Source: Thelocarpon superellum (lineage: Eukaryota). From it: DNA of 40,624 nt. Under the pieces are notes generated by a model. The model saw only the letters and a list, made by a program, of their open reading frames with translations, was not told the origin of the DNA and searched no databases. Positions 1-9,429 of this stretch are shown here, one piece after another. Each line of letters starts with the position of its first letter. The stretch's first letter is position 1. The DNA is taken from NCBI GenBank assembly GCA_026025795.1, contig JAPEUG010000125.1, forward strand, positions 1 through 40,624. The letters run 5' to 3'. The translations under genes were made by a program, and so were the position numbers.

Positions 1-180
1 CTTGGCCCACGCAATACCCAGGCGCCAAGGCGGTCCTGGTTGACATGTTTGCTCTGCCTGTCCGAGGCCTCGTACCCCGTGCCTGGTGCCTGGCCGGGCC
101 GCGCGGCGGTCCTCTCTGACCCAGCCATGGTTTCCACCCTCCTGCTGCACGGGGCTTTGTGTATGAGTACAATCTGATTG

Positions 181-234
181 CACCTGCAACTACACCTGCA
201 ACTACACCTGCACCTGCACCTGCACCTGCACCTG
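181..234. repeat. Compound tandem repeat (CACCTGCAACTA)2(CACCTG)5
   Basis: Read directly: two 12-mer units at 181-204, then five CACCTG hexamers at 205-234. Confidence 0.9.
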
Positions 235-1062
235 CGCAGTCCCGAGCGATAGTGAGACCTACAAGCACTCCGGACCGCAATGGACGTGCCTATATTTAGG
301 ATTCTTTGCGCTGTCCACAAATGGTATTGTGCGTCCTGCGAATTCGTACTCCTTCCCGACTCACGTGCCCGCTGGCCCCCCCCACCCCCCCCCCCAAAAC
401 CCCGCCCCGCACCTTTGATCCTCGTCTGGGGTTGTTCTGGCCCTTGCGCATCTGTTTTGTCGTCGCTTCTCGGAGCGTCTCCAATTCTAGTACTGCTGCT
501 TGGTGCATCTACAAGATTCTTCTTCACGCTTGTAGCTTCTTAGCTGGTCGCAAAGTTACGCCTCCACCGGGACCGCGGTCTTGAACAGCTCCTGTCGCGG
601 CTAACGTCCACCTAGGTCACGAGGGAATAGACCACGAAGCGCCATAGGTACCTGCGTACCGTAACGACCAAGGCCGTCGGCGCGATTGGCTCAGCGCACA
701 GGGATCCTGAACTCGTAGGATGCACGCACATGGGTGAGTGACGGATGCCCAAAGGTCTCGCCCTCGCCATCGCGGCCCAACCTGGCCTCACTTGTCTCAG
801 GAATTTAGACCCTGCAGCTGCGTGTGTCGTAGGACATGAACGTCATGCTGTGGCCAGTCTCGCATACGCACATTCAGGCCCAATGCTGGTAGTCACCTAT
901 CGACCCGCCGACGTGTTGGCCAAGAGTGCCGCGCTTGAGAAGCCTCCGGTCCTGATCTCATGCCCCGCGATAGGAGATGACCTGGTCCGTTCTCGATGGA
1001 GTGATTGCTGAAATTGGCCGCGTTGCTTCCATGACTTCCATCACGCTCGCGGAGGCGAAACT

Positions 1063-1094
1063 CTCGTCCCCTCGTCCCCTCGTCCCTTCGTCCC
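1063..1094. repeat. Tandem 8-mer (CTCGTCCC)x4, last copy TTCGTCCC
   Basis: Read directly; lies downstream of the tap42 stop codon. Confidence 0.85.
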
Positions 1095-1432
1095 CTGGCA
1101 CCTTTACGTCTTCATGTTCTCTAGCCTAAACTGAGGCTGCGTTTTGCTGTTCTTCCCGGCTACGTCAGCTATGACAACACGACGCCGGAGTCATTAGAAC
1201 GGACTTGGAAGACCAGTCGAGGATCTTTCCGAGCCCCGCTACCCACTGGTATGCTATCCTCTCGCCACGAGCTTGCCCAGTCCCTGCGGTGCGGCAAGGG
1301 CTCAGGGTTCGCAGGCGGCTGGAGGGGAAGGGCCAACTTAATCGGCAGGATTCTCCGTTCATCCCCTCAGACATCCCTGTGTGGGGCTTATATTCGAGAG
1401 AAAGGAGAGGGTGCTGCCGGAGTGTCCGTACA

Positions 1433-2658
1433 TCAACCCCTGTTCATTGTATTCCCGGCACCTTTAGGATTGCTCTCGGTGAAGTCGTCCCACTCGCGAG
1501 CCTGGTCGATATGTCAGTCAGGAGACCCGGCGATGTTCCTCTCGAGATTACCTTGATAGTCTCCTCATCGGCCTTGGCCATGTCGTCTTCGTCGGGCGTC
1601 GGACGGATACCAGACTGCTCGCCACCACCTTCCACGATCCCGCCTCGTCGCTTCTCTTCCTCGAGGTATTCATCAATCGTCATGGTCGGCAAATTATGGC
1701 CCGGTCGAAAGACTCCGTTCCGCATTCGTTCGCGAGTGTTCAGAAGCGTGAAGGGCTTCAAGGGCCGGCCGTTCTGGTCAAGAATGGGTCCCGCCCCGCC
1801 GTTCACCAGGAGCTGTGACATGGGCGGATCGAGCCGCTCCGAGTATGCATTTCGGCCACCGTGGCTGGAGCGTTGTCGGTTGTCCTGATCGAGGCTCTCT
1901 GATCCAGGGCGGGGGATGGACGGTGCCATGGCAAGGATATCCAGCTCCTGCGCAATCGATTCCAGGGACGAAAAGGTCTCGTGAGTAGCGAGCCGAACGC
2001 TGCTCAGGTGCAAATCTCGCAAGGCGCCGTCATCGTTCTGCAAGGCCGTGGGATTCTGTTGGAGGAACTGGTTGGGAAATAAGCATGCTGCGGCGAATAC
2101 AATTGCGGACAGATCTTACCGCAAGCTTCTTCTTCAGCTCTCGCTCCTCCCGGAACCGGGCAATCTTCGTATTCCGACGAGCAGAGGCGTCGGTCGTCGA
2201 CGCGGTGGAGAAGGTATCAGGACTTTGGAGGTAGCGCTCGTACTGCTGCTGGTCCGAGACAGAGAGGAGTCGGTATGCATCTAGTCGGTCCAGATATTGT
2301 TTGTATGCCTCGCGGCCACGTAGGAGCACCGATGTTCGTTCCCCCGAGCTGTCCCGGAGGATTAGGGTGGCAAGGTGATATTCAATCAGCAGGTATCTAT
2401 CTGCATCAGTCACCAAGTCCAAATGTCCATCGTTTGTCCATACCGTAGATCTCCCGACGAGATATCATCCGTGTCCTCGTTGCGACTGAAGAGGGCGAGT
2501 TGGTTCACCAGTTCCTGGCACTGTTCATACTTCGCAATGGCCGCCGCCACCTTCTCCTGTAGCATGGGCCTGGCTGTTTGGGACGTCGCTTCAAGCGCGG
2601 TTCGTAGTGTTTCGGCGGCGTGAAAGAGGCTGTGAAGGTTCGAGGAACGGTCCGCCAT
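1433..2658 (-). CDS. tap42: TAP42/alpha4 (IGBP1) family PP2A-associated TOR-pathway regulator, ~358 aa, 4 exons
   Basis: Exons 2658-2444, 2396-2120, 2067-1552 and 1501-1433 join via GT..AG introns into 359 codons. Family motifs: LFSRNEDTDDISSGDLRYLL, RRNTKIARFREE, GRPLKPFTL, VFRPGHNLPTMTIDEYLEEE and C-terminal KAREWDDFTESNPKGAGNTMNRG*. Confidence 0.95.
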
Positions 2659-2806
2659 CTTGGTTCCTTGTCGTCGCCGTTGTCTTCGTCTTGACCGTTC
2701 GAATCATGCCACTGTCTTCTTAGGGTGCCCCTAGGGGAGGTGGCGACTTAGCAGGAGCTTATTGAAGATGACTGAGGTGTTGGTGCGAGACGAATAGCGA
2801 ATCCAT

Positions 2807-2839
2807 CTGTCGCCCCTCTGTCGCCCCTCTGTCGCCCCT
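2807..2839. repeat. Tandem 11-mer (CTGTCGCCCCT)x3 in the tap42/dcl1 divergent intergenic region
   Basis: Three exact copies at 2807, 2818 and 2829; each contains CCCCT. Confidence 0.9.
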
Positions 2840-3303
2840 CCGTCGTTCAGTTTGCCGGTCTCATCACCTCCAGGTCCTGATTGCAACGTGCCGGTCTACA
2901 TCGACAATCATGATGTTGATGTATATCAGCAGCCGCTCGATTGCCGACGAGCATTTCGTTGACCGCTACTCCGGTCTTCCTGGTGTGAAGGTCGTCCTGC
3001 TGCATCTATCCTTCTCCGCACGCTTAACGCATCATCATCATGGCCGTCCAGCGGTGCTGGGGCCGCGGCGCCTGTCTTCTGTTCAGAAGCTGGCTCTTTC
3101 TTGTCACCAGACCACTTCCTACTTTGCTAGTTGAAGCTATCGGTTTCCGTGTCTACCCAGTGTTCATAAGAATAACACACAGTCGTTCAGCCCTTGCCCT
3201 CACCTCTCCTGAGCCACGTCTTACTTCGAATCCACTTCTGACTTTGACCTCACCCCTCCCTTGACACCCAATCCACCACCCGTTCCCGTTCATCTCGAAG
3301 CTA

Positions 3304-6300
3304 ATGAAAATGGAACCAGAAGACGGGCCTGTCGCCTCCGACTCGTCTGCACCAGTTGTCGACACCATGCTACCAGAAGGCAAAGTGGAAGCAACCCTGA
3401 CTTCGGAGGGCTCTGACGACGGAGGCATCAATCCTCCACACAGTTCACAGAGCACCGCAGACTGTCGAAGGCTGCAGAATGACAAGTTCAGCCAATGGTA
3501 TAGTCAAAACACCCGTGCTCTCCACGCGTTGGCGCTGACCTGACGCCAGGTTCTCTCGACGGGCAGGGCATGACCTGAAAGGAGGGCCCAAAGGCAGCAC
3601 AAAAGACTTGGACGTCGACGCTCGCTCTATCAAGTACCTTATCGGCAAGCAAGAGTCCGCAGTGATTGTCACCGACCCACGAGAGTACCAGCTTGAGCTC
3701 TTCGAACGGGCCAAGGAGCGAAACACCATCGCCGTGCTAGACACAGGCACGCACTGTCGATCTTGCGTGGGATGCAAAGCAGTTATACTGACGGTGTAAA
3801 GGTTCTGGCAAGACCCTTATCGCCGTCCTGCTACTCAAGCACATCCTGGACCGTGAGCTCGAAGATCGTGGATCCGGCAAGGACCACCGGATTGCATTCT
3901 TTCTGGTGCGTGCCAAGGTGCGGGAAGCAAGCTCGCGCTGATTTTGTGTAGGTCGACAGCGTGACGCTCGTCTTTCAGCAACATGCCGTGCTCGAATGCA
4001 ATCTAGATCAGCCGATCGATCGATTCTGCGGCGACATGGGCTGTGACCTCTGGAACAAGGCCACCTGGGACAAACACTTCGCCGACAACATGGTTATCGT
4101 CTGTACAGCAGAAGTGCTCTACCAGTGCCTAATGCATTCATTCATCACCATGGCTCAGATCAATCTCTTGGTTTTCGACGAAGCTCACCACGCGAAGAAG
4201 AATCACTCTTACGCCAGGTAAGACTTAGGCCCCACTGAGCCAACGGACGTAAAGCTGACCTTGTCCCAGGATCATCAAAGACTTCTACCTGTCCTTGCCC
4301 GATACCGGTCTGCGACCCAAGATCTTTGGCATGACCGCGTCTCCTGTCGACGCCAAGGTCGACGTTGTTCAAGCCGCGAAGTACGACGCCCCACATGTTC
4401 GTGCCACAAAGCTGATGCTCTTCTTGCAGGGATCTTGAAGCGCTCCTCGACTGTCAGATTGCCACGACGTCGGACATGTCCCTGCTGCAGCAATTTGTAC
4501 ATCGGCCACAGGAACAAATGGGCGCTTACGACAAGCTTCTTCCGCCGTTTGAAACGCCGCTATATCGAGGCCTCCACAAGCTACTTGGCTCCGTGAACTT
4601 GCTCTCCCGAGCTTTTCTGGACGCGCTCGCGGCGAGCTCCGAACTGGGTCCATGGTGCTCCGATCATCTGTGGTCCTTGACCTTGACGGAGGATGGAGTG
4701 CGAAAGATTGAACGCAAGGCTGAGCGCGACTTTGAGGGTCACATGAGCGGCGAACCGTCGAGCGTGCTGGAACACGACCTTTATCGACTTGGGGAAGCTC
4801 GCGATTTCATTGATCAACACGCCCGGGAACCTCGGCCCACCCTTGATGATCTCAGCTCAAAAGTCCTCTGGCTCCAGAAGTTTCTCGCGCAACGGTACTC
4901 CGAGGCAGGCACCGACAAGTGCATTATCTTCGTTCAAAAGCGTCGCACGGCGCGACTGCTGGCGAGTCTCTTTGTCCATGCGAGCGTTGGTACGCCTCAT
5001 CTCCGGGTAGGCTTGCTGATGGGGACGGTCTCCGCGGGCGTCAATGATCTTCAGATTTCCTTCCGCGATCAAGTTCTCACCTTGACCAAATTTCGAAATG
5101 GAACCCTTAACTGCCTGGTTGGTACTCCTGTGCCGTTACGAGGTCTTTCTAAAGGACTCTAGTTTGCGACCTCGGTGGCCGAGGAGGGCCTGGATATACC
5201 TGATTGCAATCTCGTCATCCGGTAAGGACTGTGTGTGCGCCGGTACTCATTAGTGACTCTACTCACGATGCTAGATTCGATCTCTACACGACGATGATTC
5301 AATACATTCAGTCCCGAGGACGTGCGCGGCATGCTAATTCCAAGGTATCGGGGCCAACTGGTGCCTGTGAACTTCTAGCTGACGAGATAGTACATCCACA
5401 TGATTGAAAGGGGAAACCTGCATCATGTCCATACTCTTCAGGAGGTTCGAAAAGGGGAGGTAGGTTTCAGCTCAGACCGGCGCAGGGGGTACCACTGATG
5501 TTCGCAGTCCGTCATGCGTCGCTTCTGCGAGTCGCTGCCAGCGGATCGACGCCTACATGGCGCCAACGACGACCTCGAGCTTGCCACGTGGAATGAGCGC
5601 GGTTTTCGGGTATACGTCGAGAAGGAAACGGGCGCCAAGTTGACATATGGCTCGTCGCTCGCCGTCTTGGCCAACTTTGTCTCCAGTCTGAACATGACCA
5701 ACGAGAGCTTTGCCAAGCCGGACTATGTCGTGACACGAGAGAGAGAGGCATTTCGCTGCGAAGTCCTCCTACCGGAGACTTCTCCCGTCCGATCGGCCAT
5801 CGGTCAAACTTCTGCACGACGGGCTATAGCCAAGCGCTCGGCCGCTTTTGAGGCGTGCTTGATGCTGCGCCAGAGATCCTTCCTTGACAAATACCTCCTC
5901 CCAACATATCGAAAGCAACTTCCGATAATGAGGAATGCGCTCTTGGCCTTGCACACCAAGACGGGTCAGGTGTATGACCAGAAGACGAAACCGGATCTTT
6001 GGGCCCGGAGCGTGGATAATGTTCCGGCGGTACTATTCCTGACTGTCCTGGAGCTGGCACGCAGCGAGGGCCTCGATCGACCACATCAACCGCTAGCCTT
6101 GTTAACTCGGACCCTTCTGCCGGCGTTTCCTGCCTTTCCCGTCTACTTTCGGTCCGGCGCGAAGTCTGAGGTGGTGAGCAATCGAGCCTCATCGATTTCG
6201 ATGACCCGGGAGAAGCTGGATCTCGTCAATACCTTCACCCTGCGAATCTTCCTGGATCTTTTCAATAAGGAATACGAGAACGACGTGGCAAGGATGCCTT

Positions 6301-8897
6301 ACTGGCTTGCGCCGGTCCAGTTCAATCCAGCAAACGAAGCGTATGAGATTGAATGGGATACGATCTCGGTGGTCCAGGAGAATCAGTGTCTGCAGTGGCG
6401 AGACGTGACGTCGACCGACTTCTGGAACGACAAGTTCATCGTCGATCCGTTTGATGGTGGGACTCGATACTTTTCCGAAGCGGTTTCGCCCGATCATGCT
6501 CCGTACGATCCCGTGCCGTCGGGCGTACCTCTGCGGAAGAATATGGAGAACATTCTTCAATACAGTGTCAGCTTTTGGCGCAAGACACGGGAACGGGCGA
6601 TCTGGCGAGACGATCAGCCGGTGATCAAGGCTCACATGGTGATGCACCGACATAACTGGCTAGATGAGCCGTCGGAAGAGGAGAAGAAGACGAGCACGGA
6701 ATGCTACATCTGTCCGGAGCCCCTGAGGGTATCTGCTCTCCCAACTGAGGTTGTCGCCATGGCCTATCTGTTTCCGGCCATCATCTTCCGGCTAGAGTCA
6801 TACATGATCGGGCTAGAACTCTTCGACCAGCTCCACCTGGAGGTGCGCGCGGAGTTGGCCCTGGAGGCAATCACCAAGGATTCGGATAACACAGAGGAGC
6901 ACCGTGAGGCGCAGGTTCAATTTCAACGAGGCATGGGCCGAAACTACGAGCGTCTGGAGTTCATTGGCGACTGTTTCCTCAAGATGGCAACGTCCATCGC
7001 GTTGTACACCGAGAATCCTGACAACGACGAGTTTGAGTATCACGTCAAGCGAATGGTACTCATCTGCAACAAGAACTTGCTCAATACGGCCACCAGTCGG
7101 AAGATCTACGAATATGTTCGATCTGAGGCTTTCAATCGGTATGGCCCGACAAAGATTCAGCGGGATGTGCGCAATGAAACTAATATATGATAGTCGGGTC
7201 TGGTATCCTGAAGAACCGAAGCTTCTGCGAGGAAAGAAGGGAAGCAAGGGAATGAGACAGCATCGACTGGGCGACAAAACCCTGGCAGATATCTGCGAAG
7301 CGGTCATTGGTGCGGCCTTGGTGTCCCACCACGAAAGCGGCAACCTTGACCCTGCCGTACGAGCCGTGACGGAAATGGTCAACGGCAAGAGCCACACGAT
7401 GACGAGCTGGAAGGAGTACTATGCACGTTACAAGAAACCGGCATTCCAGACCGCATCGGCGACGTATTCGCAGTTGGACTTGGCGAAGCAGGTGGAGAAA
7501 AAATACGGCTATCATTTCCGGGACCCGCGACTTCTTCGCTCGGCCTTCATTCACCCGTCCTATCCATTCTCCTGGGAGCATGTGCCGTGCTATCAGCGAT
7601 TGGAATTCTTGGGGGATGCCCTCCTCGACATGGCCTGTGTCAATTTCCTCTACTACCGTTTTCCGGACCGTGATCCGCAATGGTTGACGGAGCATAAAGT
7701 AGGTCGAGGCTCTTGGGGAAAGGAAGGGCACAAACTGACCAGTCGACCAGATGGCCATGGTATCGAATCGATTCTTGGGAGCGTTGTGCGTGAGGCTTGG
7801 ATTCCACAAACATCTCCGCTACAATTCGTCGGCCTTGGAACGCCAGATTCGGGACTACGTGACGGAGATCCAGGAAGCGGAGATGCAGGCTGACGGAGCT
7901 CCGGACTACTGGATTTCTGCCAAGGCGTCACCGAAGGTAGGCCTTCTGCTACCAAATGCGACGTACTTGGCGACTGACAGAGGTTGCGAAAAAGGTCCTC
8001 CCTGACATCGTCGAGGCGTACCTCGGCGCCATCTTCGTGGATTCATGCTACGAATACGCGGTGGTGGAGAGATTTTTCCAGATGCACATCCAGCCCTATT
8101 TCGAGGACATGCAGGTTTACGACTCGTTTGCGAACAGTCACCCCGTGGTATGCATGTATCTCACACTCTCCTCTCCCTTGAGTAAGTCAGGAAAAGGTAT
8201 CTGATTAGTGTCATATGCTCAGACGAATCTCACGACGCACCTCGCGACGCGGCTGAAATGCAGCAACTTCCGGATTTTGGCACGCGAGATCCCTTCTCTT
8301 CCACCCATGTTCAACGTCGCACCTGTCATTACTTCCTCTTCCATACCCACCGACGCTGGTGCACCTGATCCCGCTCGAGATCCCGCACCTGCCCCTGCAC
8401 CAGATTCCACCAAAGAAGCGCAGATCTCTGCAAATGCCGCGACGGGGAGAGCCGCAGGAGAAACGGCCAACCCAAACGGCACCCTCCGAGACGACGACAC
8501 GGCAAGACAGACCGACGCAGACGCAGACGCAGACGCGGAAACTGTAGTAGGAGCGGCAAGAGGAGGAGGAGGAGGAGGAGGAGGAGGAGGAGGAGGAGGC
8601 AACCAAGTCCTAGCGGCCATAATGATCCACACGACCATCATAGCAGAAGGGTCTGGATCGACTGTTCGCCAGGCGCGCGCGGACGCTGCCGCTCATGCAT
8701 TGGACTTGCTCCTTGGTCTCTCTGAGGCGACGGAGGGAAATGGTCATGGGGGGGATGGAGGAACAGACGCGAAGCAAACGGGAGAGGGAGAGGGAAAGGG
8801 GAAGGGGAAGGGGAAGCAGAGGACAGATGACGCGGATATCGAGAGGGAGAGACGGCGATTCAGATCTCGCTGGGGATGCAACTGTCCTCTTGCCTAA
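3304..8897 (+). CDS. dcl1: Dicer-like protein 1 (DExD/H helicase, Dicer dimerisation domain, PAZ-like region, RNase IIIa/IIIb, C-terminal Zn-binding dsRBD), ~1635 aa, 14 exons
   Basis: Exons 3304-3497, 3550-3746, 3802-3905, 3952-4217, 4270-4380, 4430-5117, 5163-5221, 5275-5344, 5391-5459, 5508-7138, 7194-7698, 7751-7936, 7995-8147 and 8223-8897 total 4908 nt in one frame. Motifs: [53 protein letters not shown], RNase IIIa [14 protein letters not shown], RNase IIIb [15 protein letters not shown]-terminal GCNC. The start codon is the least certain part. Confidence 0.95.
3747..3801 (+). other. Non-canonical GC-AG intron (dcl1 intron 2)
   Basis: ACAG|GCACGC...TACTGAC...TAAAG|GTTCT. Removing it restores Walker A LDT-G-SGKT; no GT donor gives this product. 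Confidence 0.85.
8562..8597 (+). repeat. (GGA)12 coding microsatellite, poly-Gly within the Dcl1 dsRBD region
   Basis: Read directly; in frame in the last dcl1 exon. Confidence 0.95.
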
Positions 8898-9429
8898 CTA
8901 GCAGTCTGCCTAGTCCGCTTCGTCTTCTCGGTACTGACGCACCCCGGTTATTTCACTGAAGATGGGTGGTTTCTGCTACGGAAGCTATCCGTCGTTTCTA
9001 ATATACAGCTATTGTGGGTCACGTGAGGCGGCTTACTCAGGAGCCTCAAGCTCCCGTATGGAGCCTCCACGGTACGCAGATTGATCCGTTTAATTCTCGA
9101 GCAGATTGATTTGTTTCTTCAGACATCCTAGTACACGCGTGAACATCTGACACGTGAAATGCTGGAGATGCGGATATCCTTGTGGAAAATCTCTTGGAGG
9201 TATCACGTCTTTATTCGATCTCGCTATTCAATCTATGGCATATCCATAGTGCAAGTACCAGAATGCCACCTATGCATATCTCGAGGAATCAATCATTCTA
9301 GCCTCCCCCGTCACTTCATCTCCTTGTCACTCTCAGCTTGTGATTTCGCACGAAGATAGCAAACGCCCGCCTGACATCGACAAAGAACAGAGCGCACATG
9401 TGAATCTCCACACGTTCCTCCGCCTCCTC

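Noticed and set aside
3040..3303. 74-aa ORF in frame with dcl1, separated from it by one TGA (3262-3264)
   Set aside because: The peptide has no Dicer-like features, the region looks like a pyrimidine-rich promoter or UTR, and nothing supports read-through.
8147..8222. [D1,2] stwintron-like pattern G|GTATGC..GAG|TAAGT in the last dcl1 intron
   Set aside because: The internal intron would be only 35 nt with a GAG acceptor, and two-step removal (76 nt) frameshifts the dsRBD. A single 75-nt intron explains the gene.
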